The notes beneath the pieces are model-generated. The model was not told where the DNA came from. It did not search any database and was given only the letters and a program-made list of their open reading frames with translations. From the NCBI GenBank assembly GCA_965262935.1, contig OZ253572.1, positions 3,861,369 through 3,925,368 on the forward strand: a DNA stretch of 64,000 bases, given 5' to 3'. Numbering within the stretch: the stretch's first letter is position 1; every line of letters starts with the position of its first letter. This stretch comes from Spirochaetia bacterium. GTDB lineage: Bacteria; Spirochaetota; Spirochaetia; SZUA-6; Bin103. A program made the position numbers and the translations under genes. Shown here in pieces: positions 34,056-43,963 of the stretch.

Positions 34056-35849
34056 TCAGCGCGTCATGAAGTTGGGATACGCGGGGATTTCGCCGAGCAG
34101 GAAGCGGCCCAGGAGGCGGGCCTGCATCTCCATGAGGCGGCGGTAGCTCACGCGGTAGCCGAACAGCGGATGAACGATCTCGTGGCTCAGGCGGCGCTCG
34201 AACGCGGCGATCAGGTGCCGCCTGCCGTCCGGGGTGAGGGCAACGGCGCCAGCCGCGGTCCTGAAGTCGTTCGACTGCACTTCCCCATTGTTGATGACCT
34301 GCAGCACCACGGAATCGGCGAGCAGCGGACGGAAGGGCTCCATGAGATCGAGGGCCAGGGCCGGCCGCCCGTAGCGCGGCTGGTGATACAGACCGCGAAA
34401 CGGATCGAACCCGACCGCCGCCAGCGTCACGGTCCAGGCGCGCACCAGCAATGAGTAGGTAAACGAGAGCAACGCGTTGACCGGGTCGGTTGGCGGGCGG
34501 CGGTTGCGTTTCGCAAACTCGAATGCTGCGGGTCCGGCTCGCAGCGCCTCGCTGATCATGGCGGGAAACGCTCGAAAGTAGCGTGCCGCAGCCGCGCCCT
34601 CGACGCCGAGCAGCACGGACAGCGACCGCACGCGGGCGGCGTGCCGGCTGTCGTCCCTGAGCTCGATCATGACCTCGTGGCTGCTGTCCGGCCCCTTCCA
34701 GTTGCGGCGCAGAAGCGTGCGGCAGTTCAGTATCTTGGCGCCCACCAGGTCCTTGGCGAAGCGCAGGCAGACTTCCTCGTCGAAGCTCGCGCGATACTGA
34801 GCCGTACGCAGCTCCACGTTCTTGTGGCCATTCCCGACCGTATGCCCGTAGAACCAGCCGCCGTGGCTGTGCCAAGTCACCGGAATGCCGCGCCACATCA
34901 GCTCCTGCAGGCACGGAGTGGTCACGTACACGCTGCCCATCAGCACCACCTGGGATGTCTCCGGGAGTCGGGCCCTGGTTACCGTGTCGTCCTTCATGCT
35001 GACAACGAGATTCTCGCCGGACTTCGCCACCTTCGCCCCGCGCGCTTGCACGTACAGCGGCAGCGCATCGGTGCCCGGCACGGCGATCGGACGCGGCGCC
35101 ATCCCCGGACGCGACAGCAACGCCAGATGGTTGATCTCATCCGGCAGGCAGATGCTCACCAGCGAACAGCGTGGGCACTTGGGACTGTCCTCGAGGGGCG
35201 GCGGCATCACCCCCTCGGAGGCGACGCGGCGCAACCCGGCGACCGCCTGCTCGGTCGCGGCCACCAGTTCCTCATCAAACATCACCCCTACCCGCTCGCG
35301 TCCCGCCACGAAGTACAGCACCCCTTCCTCGCACCGGTAGCCGTGATCGCGCAGTATGAGGCCCTGCACGCAGAGCTGCACGCGCTCCGGCTCGTATGCC
35401 CCACCCTTCACATGCGGACGTTTGCCGCGCTTGTAGTCGACCGGGACAACCAGCCCATCTTCCGCTTCGATCAGGTCGATGCGGGCGATCAAGCCCAGCC
35501 GCTCCGAAGAGAGGGTGACCGACCGGGCATGCAACCGCTCGAAATCCTCTTCGCCGGCGGCCGGCAACGACCCGCCGACGCGATCCACCCTGCGGTGGGC
35601 GTGCCTCCCCTCCACCGTATCAGCCGAATCCGCCCACTCGCCCTGTACCCACTCCAGATATGCCAAACGCGGACAGTAGGAGTATTCGTTCACCATCCGC
35701 GCCGGCACCAGCGGCGGATCGTCATCGGGAGCCGGAAATGCCAGCTCGCCCTGCCGCGGCGCAACCACTTCGTCAGCCGGCGCTCTTCGGTCACCAACCA
35801 GTTGCGGCCCGCTCGGCGCGGCGCTGCCGTCTGTTGTCGATTTGCTCAT
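34056..35849 (-). CDS. cas4-cas1: Cas4-Cas1 fusion protein (597 aa)
   Basis: N-terminal Cas4: YCPRLAYLEW, and a C-terminal Cys cluster CPRCSLVSIC. Followed by the Cas1 body. A Cas4/Cas1 fusion is the hallmark of type I-G/I-U (and V-B). Confidence 0.85.
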   Translation of the reverse strand: MSKSTTDGSAAPSGPQLVGDRRAPADEVVAPRQGELAFPAPDDDPPLVPARMVNEYSYCPRLAYLEWVQGEWADSADTVEGRHAHRRVDRVGGSLPAAGEEDFERLHARSVTLSSERLGLIARIDLIEAEDGLVVPVDYKRGKRPHVKGGAYEPERVQLCVQGLILRDHGYRCEEGVLYFVAGRERVGVMFDEELVAATEQAVAGLRRVASEGVMPPPLEDSPKCPRCSLVSICLPDEINHLALLSRPGMAPRPIAVPGTDALPLYVQARGAKVAKSGENLVVSMKDDTVTRARLPETSQVVLMGSVYVTTPCLQELMWRGIPVTWHSHGGWFYGHTVGNGHKNVELRTAQYRASFDEEVCLRFAKDLVGAKILNCRTLLRRNWKGPDSSHEVMIELRDDSRHAARVRSLSVLLGVEGAAAARYFRAFPAMISEALRAGPAAFEFAKRNRRPPTDPVNALLSFTYSLLVRAWTVTLAAVGFDPFRGLYHQPRYGRPALALDLMEPFRPLLADSVVLQVINNGEVQSNDFRTAAGAVALTPDGRRHLIAAFERRLSHEIVHPLFGYRVSYRRLMEMQARLLGRFLLGEIPAYPNFMTR

Positions 35850-36039
35850 GAAGTCACCTATTCGTGCCGCGTATACGGCGCACGTGCCCCTTGTCCTAGT
35901 CTCGGTCGCCGTTGGCGCATCGTTGAGTATTCGTACGTGGTTGGCTGGTAACGAGAACGGGAATCCCCGCCATCATGTAGAATGCGCCCGCGGAGGTGCG
36001 GCAGGTGAGGATTACGGTGGAGACCGACGCCGGCATCAG

Positions 36040-36175
36040 CGGCGGATCGTCGCCAGGCGCCGGAAATGCCAGCTCGCGCTGCCGTGGCGTACTCACGTCT
36101 GTCGGTGCTGTGCGGTCACCAACCGGCCAGGGTTGCTCGTAGGGCGCGAGGTTCCCGTATTGGTCGTCTTACTCA
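36040..36175 (-). pseudogene. cas4 5' fragment copy B (~45 codons, diverged, frameshifted), fused to a 40-bp copy of the enolase 5' end
   Basis: MSK..N...(R)QRELAFPAPGDDPPLMPA is collinear with the Cas4/1 N-terminus. The junction with the enolase-derived sequence lies at the shared 15-bp string GCCGGCA(T/C)CAGCGGC. Confidence 0.5.
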
Positions 36176-36397
36176 TCGAATCGGCTGTTCGTGGCGGGTA
36201 AAACGCGCCCACGTACCCATTGCAATCGGAAGTCGTGATTGCTCAGATGCCAAGCGCTTGTCTGACGTCACCAGAGCAGTGAACCCTTGGCGATGAGCTT
36301 CGGCCAACAGATCACTGTTCCGCAGCGTGCGCCAGTCATGGTACACCGCGCTCTCCACCGTGGCGCCGGCAAGGGCCGCCTCAAGAAGCACCTTCAT
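36173..36397 (-). CDS. DUF5615-like small protein (putative toxin-like partner of DUF433)
   Basis: 74 aa; 4-bp overlap with the upstream DUF433-like ORF. Family call from memory of DUF433/DUF5615 pairs; low certainty. Confidence 0.4.
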   Translation of the reverse strand: MKVLLEAALAGATVESAVYHDWRTLRNSDLLAEAHRQGFTALVTSDKRLASEQSRLPIAMGTWARFTRHEQPIR

Positions 36398-36660
36398 GCA
36401 TCGGACGCGTGTCGAGCCGCTGACCTGTTGCCTGTCTGCTCGGAGAAGCTGGTACCGGCTGCGCGCAAGACCGTTTCGGCTGCCCGCCGGTCAATCTGAA
36501 AGTCCGCGACGAACTCGTCCAGAGACACGCCATCCGCCAGCCAGTCGAAGAGTTGCTGTACGGGCATCCGGCTGCCACGGAAACACGGCGCCCCGCCCAT
36601 GCGGCCCGAATCGACCCATACGGCTTCGTCGACAGTCATCGTAGCCTCCTCCATCAACAA
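36394..36660 (-). CDS. DUF433-like small protein (putative antitoxin-like)
   Basis: MTVDEAVWVDSGRMGGAPCFRGSRMPVQQLFDWLADGVSLDEFVADF, characteristic of the DUF433 fold. Confidence 0.45.
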   Translation of the reverse strand: MLMEEATMTVDEAVWVDSGRMGGAPCFRGSRMPVQQLFDWLADGVSLDEFVADFQIDRRAAETVLRAAGTSFSEQTGNRSAARHASDA

Positions 36661-36737
36661 GCCTACCCTCGACCCTCGGATATCGGCTACTCACCGAACG
36701 CACGCCGGCACGCCAACGCCACCCGGCCGCGAGGGCG

Positions 36738-37485
36738 TTACCCCTTGACCGATCCGGACATCAGCCCGCGCACGAAGTACCGCTGCAGCGAGAAGAAGAC
36801 GACCAACGGCATCACGATGGTCACGAACGCTCCGGAGGTCAGCACGTGCCAGTCCTGCCCGCGGGAACCGACCAACTCCGCCAGGCGGGTGGTGACCAGC
36901 GCGTGATCCGCCTTGGTGCCCAGGAACACCAGCGCCACCAGCAGATCGTTCCACACCCAGAGGAACTGAAAGATTGCGAACGACGCCACCACCGGTGTGG
37001 ACAGCGGCAATACGAGCCGCGTGAAGATCACCCACGGCGTTGCGCCGTCGGTGTGAGCAGACTCGATGACCTCGCTCGAGATGGCGCTGGCGATGTACCC
37101 GTACAGCAGGTTAGGTGGCCAGTGGCAGTCCGAAACCGGTGTGGGCCAGCCAGATACCCAGAAAGGTGCCGTTCAGCCGCAGACTCGTGTACAGCCGCAG
37201 CACCGGGATCAGCGCCATCTGCAGCGGCACGATCAGCAGGCTGACGATGATGATCAGGATCAGATGGCGCCCCGGGAAGTCCATCCACGCGATCGCGTAG
37301 GCCGCGAACGCGGCGATCGTGATGGGGATCACCGTGGACGGGATCGCCACCAGCAGGCTGTTCAGGAAGGCGTTGCCCATGTTGTCGGCCAGGATCACCC
37401 GTTCGTAATTGCGCAGGGTCCACTGTCCGGACGCGAACGGCTTGGCGAAGGCGGTCCACCAGCCGCTGTTCGCGGAGCGAAGCAA
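36738..37485 (-). pseudogene. Carbohydrate ABC transporter permease (MalG/UgpE-like), N-terminally truncated and frameshifted
   Basis: Two frames (37111-37485 and 36738-37031) together give a contiguous inner-membrane permease with an EAA region and a C-terminus ...LVVFFSLQRYFVRGLMSGSVKG. Confidence 0.5.
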
Positions 37486-37487
37486 CT

Positions 37488-37841
37488 TTGGTGATTTCCA
37501 GTTTGACGCTGCTGGAACTCGCGTCAGCGCCGGCTGCGGTTCAAGCCGCGCTTAGTCGCGTCCCGGAAGCGGATCGTGAATACGTTGAATTGACCGAAGA
37601 CGCTGTCGTTCTGGCTAATCTCTATATCGACGCCGGTGCAATTGGCGCGAAGAACAGGGCGGACGCCCAGCACATTGCCGTTGCCACGGTCAGCCGAGTC
37701 GGAGTGTTGGTGAGCTGGAACTTCAGACACATCGTCAATTTGCGAAAGATACAGGCATATAACTCGGTGAACCTTCGCGAAGGCTATCCGACACTGGAGA
37801 TACGAACCCCCCGGGAGGTAATTGACCATGGCCAGGACTGA
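37488..37841 (+). pseudogene. PIN-domain (VapC-like) protein, C-terminal part only
   Basis: DAQHIAVATVSRVGVLVSWNFRHIV resembles the third/fourth acidic-residue region and the ...LVTxNxxDF tail of VapC. No N-terminal Asp-containing beta-1 strand. Abuts the permease fragment with no spacer. Confidence 0.3.
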
Positions 37842-38049
37842 AAAGCAATTCGACGCTGTGCAGATGATGCGGTCGATCCGGGATCGCATCAGCGAAGAGA
37901 TCAAGGGTATGACGTTCGATGAGGAGCAAGCCTACATCCGCGAAGTCCGGCCGGCCACGGCGGATGAAGGAGCGACGTTGAAGCATGCAGCCATGCTTGC
38001 TGCATCACGAGACGAGGGAACGGCTGCCGGCTCAGATCGCCGTCCTGGC

Positions 38050-38699
38050 TAACGACGACTTCGCCTGGTTCGCACGCTACGGTCTTGCCATCCAGGCGCG
38101 TAACGTGCTGGACGATGGCACCAAGCAGAGCAAGAACCTGTGGTACGAGGAGACGCTGCCGCCCGATGCGTTCCTGTACGCCATTCGTCATGGGGCCGGC
38201 GACTGCCTGCTCGGTCGCCGCTACCAGCTCCTCATCGAGCGTCACCCGCACCCGCTCGCGGCCGGCCACGAAATACAGCACCCCTTCCTCGCACCGGTAC
38301 CCGTGATCGCGCAGAATGAGGCCCTGCACGCAGATCTGCACGCGTTCCGGCTCGTATGCCCTACCCTTCACGTGCGGGCGTTTGCCGCGCTTGTAATCGA
38401 CCGGAACGACGCGTCCATCGTCCGCCTCGATCCACCCTTCTATGGGCGTGCCTTCCCTCGACGGTGTCGCTGGAGTCGGCCCACTCGCCTTGCACCCACT
38501 CCAGGTATGCCAGACGCAGACAGTAGGCGTACTCGTTTACCATCCGTGCCGGCACCAGGGGCGGTTCCCCACCCGGAACCGGAAACGGCAGTTCGCCTTG
38601 CCGTGGTGACGCGGGAGCTTCGGTCGGCGAGGCACGATCACCAACCAGCCGCGGCGGCCCGTATGGGGTAGCGGTGCTGCGCTTGTTCGTCTTGCTCAT
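38050..38699 (-). pseudogene. cas4 5' fragment copy C (~215 codons of the Cas4 domain, ~80% aa identity to the intact gene, one frameshift)
   Basis: MSKTNKRST...RQGELPFPVPGGEPPLVPARMVNEYAYCLRLAYLEWVQGEWADSSDTVEGRHAHRRVDR, then in another frame KGRAYEPERVQICVQGLILRDHGYRCEEGVLYFVAGRERV...ATEQAVAG. Confidence 0.55.
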
Positions 38700-38821
38700 G
38701 GACCTCGGACGGACATTTCCGCACACGGCGAAGCGCGTCCCTCTACCTTGAATCTCGGTCATGCCGGAGGTTCCTTGAGCCAACCGGACTTGCGGACGCG
38801 GAGTGGCAACGATCAGGTAGA

Positions 38822-39946
38822 ATGCCCGTGGAGGTGCGGCAGGTGAGGATTACGAACGTCAAGGTGGATCTGAGCAGTTGGGAGACGGAGCCGTGGAGGA
38901 CCGGCGTGGGGGCGGCGTTCGGGGGCGCGGTGCAACTCGGCGTGGTGACGGTGGAGACCGACGCCGGCATCAGCGGCCATGCGTTCCTGGGCTCGTCGAT
39001 GGTTGGCGCCGAGCACTCGGCGCGCGGGCTGGTCGAGTTCGTCAAGCCGCACCTGATGGGCGAGAACCCGCAGGACATCGGCCGGCTGTGGTGGCGGATG
39101 TGGAAGCTGAACCGTTCGGTATCGACCAACGTGATCGGCGCCATCGACATTTGCCTGTGGGACATCAACGGCAAGCTGGCCGGCCAGCCGATCCACCGCC
39201 TGCTCGGCACCTGCAAGGATTCGGTGCCCGCCTACTCCAGCACCGCCTACCACGCCACCCCCGAGGAGTACGTCGAGGAAGCGCTGCGCTTCAAGGAGAT
39301 GGGCTGGACGGCGCACAAGCTGCACCCGCACGGCGAGGCGCTGGCCGACGTGATGATCTGCGCGGCGGTGCGCGACGCGGTCGGCGACGACCTGGTGCTG
39401 ATGCTCGACTCGATGTGGGCCTACCAGTATGCGGACGCGTTGCGCGTCGGGCGCGCCATCGAGGAGCTGGACTACTACTGGTATGAGGATCCCCTGGTGG
39501 AGGAGGACATCTACAGCTACGTCAAGCTGGCGCAGAAGCTGGATATTCCGATCATGTCCACCGAGTACGCGCCGGGCCGGTTCTACGGCATGGCGGCCTG
39601 GATTACGCGCTACGCCACCGACATCCTGCGCGGCGACGTGGCCGCTACCGGCGGCATCACCCCGCTGGTCCGCCAGTGCCACCTGGCCGAGGGCTTCAAC
39701 ATGCGCTGCGAGATCCACCACGGCGGCAACAGCCTGAACAACGTCGCCAACCTGCATGTGACCATGGCGGTGCCCAACTGCGAGTACTACGAGTTCTTCC
39801 CCTGCACCGGCGCCAACGTGTACGGCCTGGTCGACGACATCACCGTGGACGCGCAGGGCCGGGTGCACGCCCCGGACAAGCCGGGCCTCGGCTTCGAGAT
39901 CGACTGGGACCTGCTGAACCGCAAGCGCACGGCAACCGTCGAGTAA
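38822..39946 (+). CDS. Enolase-superfamily enzyme (mandelate racemase/muconate lactonizing enzyme family)
   Basis: MR/MLE N-terminal capping domain and barrel motifs (KLHPHG, DSMWAY, EDP...EED, EIHHGG). The true start may be the GTG at ~38844, which has a GGAGG SD and gives M-R-I-T-N-V-K. Confidence 0.75.
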   Translation: MPVEVRQVRITNVKVDLSSWETEPWRTGVGAAFGGAVQLGVVTVETDAGISGHAFLGSSMVGAEHSARGLVEFVKPHLMGENPQDIGRLWWRMWKLNRSVSTNVIGAIDICLWDINGKLAGQPIHRLLGTCKDSVPAYSSTAYHATPEEYVEEALRFKEMGWTAHKLHPHGEALADVMICAAVRDAVGDDLVLMLDSMWAYQYADALRVGRAIEELDYYWYEDPLVEEDIYSYVKLAQKLDIPIMSTEYAPGRFYGMAAWITRYATDILRGDVAATGGITPLVRQCHLAEGFNMRCEIHHGGNSLNNVANLHVTMAVPNCEYYEFFPCTGANVYGLVDDITVDAQGRVHAPDKPGLGFEIDWDLLNRKRTATVE

Positions 39947-39976
39947 CTCGATGCGCACCGCAGGCAGCGCACCGGT

Positions 39977-40690
39977 ATGAACGTCACCATCATCGCAGCT
40001 CTGCGGGAGGAACTGGACGCCTTCCGCGGCGCCCACGATCTCACTCCGGTATCGACATCGGGGGTGTTCCCGGCGTTTCGGTTCCGGCACCGCGCCGCCG
40101 ACGTTACGCTGCTGCGCGGCGGGGTCGGCAAGGCGAACGCAGCGATGGTCGCGCAATACGCGGTCGATCACTTCAGGCCGGACTACCTGGTCATGACCGG
40201 GATCGCCGGCGGCCTCGGCGGCCGGCTGGCGCTGGGCGATGTCGTGGTGAGCCGCGACTGCGTACAGCATGACCTGGACGCCACCGCGCTCGGCTTTCCC
40301 CTCGGCCAGGTGCCGTACACCGAGCACCGCTTCCTCGCCGCCGACCCGAGGCTGGTCGAACTGGCGCTGGCCACGCCGGTGCCCGGGCAGCGCGTGGTGG
40401 CGGGGCGCATCCTGACCGGCGACCAGTTCATTACCGCCGCCGACGCCGCCCGGCAGGAACGGCTGCGCAGCCTGCAGGGCACCGCCGTGGAGATGGAAGG
40501 CGCCGCGGTCGCGCTGGTGGCAACGGTGAACCGCATCCCGTTCGTGATCATCCGCTCGGTGTCCGACCACGCCGACGCCGCCGCCCCCGCCGACTTCGGC
40601 GCCTGGCTGCGCCGCGCCGCCGCCAACTCCCACACGGTGTGTACCGGCATCCTGCACGGCCTGACCACCGAAGCGCGAGCGGGCGGATGA
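39977..40690 (+). CDS. Purine nucleoside phosphorylase/MTA-SAH nucleosidase family protein (MtnN/Pfs- or futalosine hydrolase-like)
   Basis: MNVTIIAALREEL..., GVGKANAAM, MTGIAGG, VEMEGAAVA motifs of the PNP_UDP_1 fold. Confidence 0.6.
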   Translation: MNVTIIAALREELDAFRGAHDLTPVSTSGVFPAFRFRHRAADVTLLRGGVGKANAAMVAQYAVDHFRPDYLVMTGIAGGLGGRLALGDVVVSRDCVQHDLDATALGFPLGQVPYTEHRFLAADPRLVELALATPVPGQRVVAGRILTGDQFITAADAARQERLRSLQGTAVEMEGAAVALVATVNRIPFVIIRSVSDHADAAAPADFGAWLRRAAANSHTVCTGILHGLTTEARAGG

Positions 40691-40763
40691 TCGGCAGGTT
40701 GACCGGCGGCAAGAAAATGCGGACGATAACGAAACGGCAGCCACCTGCACCTGGAGGTATCTC

Positions 40764-41897
40764 ATGCCAATGACCGGCGCGGCACCGATCGCGGCTCCCG
40801 GCTGGACGGCCAACAAGGAAACCGGCGTCCGCATCGTGGACTGCGATGTCCACCACAGCTTCGAGAGCCCGGAACAGCTCCTCCCCTACCTGTCCAAGTT
40901 CTACCAGGAGCACCTGTACGACCAGGGCCTGACCTTCGGCGGCGGCGGCTACCCCAACACCCCGTACCGCAAGACGCGCAACGACATCAAGGATCCCGAC
41001 CTCAAGCGGCGTGACTTCAACTTCACCGTGGAGTTCACCCAGCGGGAGCTGCTCGATCCCTGGAACATCGACGTCGCCCTGTTGACCGGGTCTCCGTCCG
41101 ACATCTACGGCGCCGCCGGCCTGCCCGACCCCGACTACGGCGCCGCGCTGTGCCGGGCGTTCAACGACTACACGATCGAGCACTGGCTGGAGCGCGACCA
41201 GCGCGTGGTGCACGCCATCCTGGTGGCGCCCACCGACCCGGCGCAGGCGGTGGCCGAGATCAACCGGCTCGCCGGCCGCAAGGACACGGTCGCCGTGCAC
41301 GTACCGCTGAACACCGCCAAGCCGTTCGGCAACCGCTGCTACCACCCGATCTGGGAGGCGTGCGCCGAGCATGGCCTGCCGGTAGTGTCGCACATCGGCG
41401 GCGGCGGCCCGACCGGCAACACCACGACGCCGGTCGGCTTTCCCACCTACTACATGGAGACCCGCATGGCGCGCCCGGCGGCGGCCAGCGCGCAGGCGGC
41501 TTCGCTGATCTGCGAGGGCGTGTTCGAGAAGTTCCCGACCCTCAAGTTCGCGTTCATCGAGGTGCAGCAACTGTGGGCGGTGTCGGTGATGTGGCACATG
41601 GACTTCGACTGGAAGGCGATCCGCGACCAGACGCCGTGGCTGAAGCGGCTGCCGAGCGAGTATTTCCGCGACCACATCCGGGTCGGCACGCAGCCGATGC
41701 ACGAGCCGGCGCGCCCCGAGCAGTTGCAGCAGATGCTGGACATGCTGCACGCCGACGAGACGCTGATCTTCTGCAGCGACTTTCCGCACTTCGACCAGAA
41801 CGATCCGGTAACCGTGCTGCCGGGCATCTCCGACCGCATGCGCCGGCGCATCTTCGCCGACAACGCGCTGGAGATGCTGCGCCTGCCCGCCGCCTAG
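40764..41897 (+). CDS. Amidohydrolase-2 family metal-dependent hydrolase
   Basis: IVDCDVHH metal-binding N-terminal motif; TIM-barrel hydrolase length; ...FCSDFPHFD near the C-terminus. Confidence 0.65.
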   Translation: MPMTGAAPIAAPGWTANKETGVRIVDCDVHHSFESPEQLLPYLSKFYQEHLYDQGLTFGGGGYPNTPYRKTRNDIKDPDLKRRDFNFTVEFTQRELLDPWNIDVALLTGSPSDIYGAAGLPDPDYGAALCRAFNDYTIEHWLERDQRVVHAILVAPTDPAQAVAEINRLAGRKDTVAVHVPLNTAKPFGNRCYHPIWEACAEHGLPVVSHIGGGGPTGNTTTPVGFPTYYMETRMARPAAASAQAASLICEGVFEKFPTLKFAFIEVQQLWAVSVMWHMDFDWKAIRDQTPWLKRLPSEYFRDHIRVGTQPMHEPARPEQLQQMLDMLHADETLIFCSDFPHFDQNDPVTVLPGISDRMRRRIFADNALEMLRLPAA

Positions 41898-41899
41898 GG

Positions 41900-42307
41900 G
41901 TGTCGGCGGCCCGCGCCAAGGGCGCAACGCAACGCGTCGTCGTGGGCAAGGCAGCGGAGATCCCGGTCGGCGGTCGCAAGCTGGTGGTGCCGTTCCGGGG
42001 CCGCGCCGGCATCGGCGTGTTCAACGTCAACGGCACCCTGTACGCGCTGCGCAACATCTGCCCGCACAACCGGGGACCGCTGTGCACCGGCCACGTCAGC
42101 GGGCGCTTCGTAGCCAGCGCACCGCCGTCGAGCGCCGGTGCCACGCTCGCCATGGACCGCGACGGCGAGATCCTGCGCTGCCCGTGGCACAACTGGGCAT
42201 TCGACATCACCGACGGGAGCTGCCTCGGCGACCCCCGCCTGCGAGTAAAGACCTACCCAGTCTCGGTGGAAGGCGACAATGTGATCGTGGAATACGCCGA
42301 GGATTGA
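41900..42307 (+). CDS. Rieske [2Fe-2S] domain protein (GTG start 3 nt after the amidohydrolase stop), copy 1
   Basis: CPHNRGPLCTGH and CPWHNWAFD Rieske ligand boxes. Confidence 0.7.
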   Translation: MSAARAKGATQRVVVGKAAEIPVGGRKLVVPFRGRAGIGVFNVNGTLYALRNICPHNRGPLCTGHVSGRFVASAPPSSAGATLAMDRDGEILRCPWHNWAFDITDGSCLGDPRLRVKTYPVSVEGDNVIVEYAED

Positions 42308-42338
42308 CAACCGCGCACGTATCTGCCAGAAGAGTCAG

Positions 42339-42584
42339 GTGCCACTACGCTATTCCCATCATGCCGCACAGCGCATGGTGGAGCAGGGCATCACTCGTCG
42401 GATGGTCGAAACCGTAGTGGCGGCTCCGGATGACGTGATCCGGGGAGACACCGCTGATGAGTACGATGCAGACATGGAACACCGGAGGATGCGCGTTGTG
42501 GTAGCTCGCCGGAATCCGCCACTCGTCATCACCGTGTACTGGATCTTCCACACTGAGGAGGCTCGCGATGCAACTTCGGTTTGA
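42339..42584 (+). CDS. DUF4258-like small protein (toxin-like)
   Basis: 81 aa; N-terminus MPLRYSHHAAQRMVEQGI; overlaps the next ORF by 17 nt. Family assignment from memory of DUF4258/DUF2283 pairs. Confidence 0.4.
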   Translation: MPLRYSHHAAQRMVEQGITRRMVETVVAAPDDVIRGDTADEYDADMEHRRMRVVVARRNPPLVITVYWIFHTEEARDATSV

Positions 42585-42813
42585 TTCCGAGGCGGATGTC
42601 ATCTTTCTGGCGCTCCGTGCGGCGGAAGGAGGTGAAGCCGGTGGAAGGCGCCTTGACGACACGCGGATCGCCCACCTCGATCGTGCCGGACGCGTGTTTG
42701 CGTATGAATTCCTGCGGGTCAGTCACGGTGTTTCACTTACCGGACTCGACAGGAAAGATGCCGGCCGAATCCGCGAAGCGATCAAGCCGGTGATGCAACT
42801 CGCGGTCGTCTGA
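42568..42813 (+). CDS. DUF2283-like small protein (antitoxin-like partner)
   Basis: MQLRFDSEADVIFLALR... resembles the MKIxYDxEADALYIRL start of DUF2283. Confidence 0.4.
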   Translation: MQLRFDSEADVIFLALRAAEGGEAGGRRLDDTRIAHLDRAGRVFAYEFLRVSHGVSLTGLDRKDAGRIREAIKPVMQLAVV

Positions 42814-42814
42814 C

Positions 42815-43330
42815 CTAAGTGCTGAGGCTGTTCGGCACCATCCTCTCTTCCTTGCCGAGCAGTTCGTAGAGGCGGTGGTAGAGGCCGCCGGCGGCCAGCA
42901 GTTGGGCGTGCGTGCCGCGCTCCACAATGCGCCCGCGGTCGAATACCAGGATCAGGTCGGCGGCCATGATGGTGCTGAGCCGGTGGGCGACGATCATCGC
43001 CGTGCGCCCGGCCACCACCCGCGCCAGCGCCTCCTGAATCAGCGCCTCGGCGTGCGTATCGAGGTGGCTGGTGGCCTCGTCCAGAATCAACACCTGCGGA
43101 TCCTTGAGAATTACCCGCGCAATCGCCAGCCGCTGCTTCTCGCCGCCGCTGAGCCGGTAGCCGCGCTCGCCCACCACGGTGTCGTAGCCGGCCGGCAGGG
43201 CGCTGATGAAGTCGTGGATGTTGGCGGCGCGGCAGGCGTCCTGAATGCGCTCGTCGCCGGCGTCGGGTGCCGCGTACTGCAGATTGGCGCGCACCGTGTC
43301 GTGAAACAGGTAGGGTTCCTGGGTCACCAT
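42815..43330 (-). pseudogene. 3'-terminal fragment (NBD C-terminal ~170 codons) of an ABC exporter; duplicate of 45290-45818
   Basis: ~97% aa identity to the C-terminus of the 45258-47474 gene (signature [14 protein letters not shown], Walker [10 protein letters not shown]-loop VAHRLSTI). No upstream part is present. Confidence 0.6.
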
Positions 43331-43355
43331 GCCCACCTGCGCCCCCAAGCGACTC

Positions 43356-43961
43356 GCCGTGCACGTACCGCTGAACACCGCCAAGCCGTTCGGCAACCGC
43401 TGCTACCACCCGATCTGGGAGGCGTGCGCCGAGCACGGCCTGCCGGTAGTGTCGCACATCGGCGGCGGCGGCCCGACCGGCAACACCACGACGCCGGTCG
43501 GCTTTCCCACCTACTACATGGAGACCCGCATGGCGCGCCCGGCGGCGGCCAGCGCGCAGGCGGCTTCGCTGATCTGCGAGGGCGTGTTCGAGAAGTTCCC
43601 GACCCTCAAGTTCGCGTTCATCGAGGTGCAGCAACTGTGGGCGGTGTCGGTGATGTGGCACATGGACTTCGACTGGAAGGCGATCCGCGACCAGACGCCG
43701 TGGCTGAAGCGGCTGCCGAGCGAGTATTTCCGCGACCACATCCGGGTCGGCACGCAGCCGATGCACGAGCCGGCGCGCCCCGAGCAGGTGCAGCAGATGC
43801 TGGACATGCTGCACGCCGACGAGACGCTGATCTTCTGCAGCGACTTTCCGCACTTCGACCAGAACGATCCGGTCACCGTGCTGCCGGGCATCTCCGACCG
43901 CATGCGCCGGCGCATCTTCGCCGACAACGCGCTGGAGATGCTGCGCATGCCCGCCGCCTAG
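43356..43961 (+). pseudogene. 3' half of the amidohydrolase gene; duplicate of 41292-41897
   Basis: ~99% aa identity over ~200 residues to the intact gene's C-terminal half. Joined directly to the ABC fragment at a 2-bp (TC) microhomology. Confidence 0.6.
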
Positions 43962-43963
43962 GG

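Noticed and set aside
37822-38170. 76-aa ORF (37822-38052 +) and overlapping +-strand frame 37985-38170 encoding ...IAVLANDDFAWFARYGLAIQARNVLDDGTKQSKNLWYEETLPPDAF...
   Set aside because: Possibly one frameshifted gene fragment (antitoxin-like N-terminus MT..FDEEQAYIRE), but no family could be assigned. The 3' part runs antisense into cas4 fragment C, so it was not called; flagged only within the defense-island finding.
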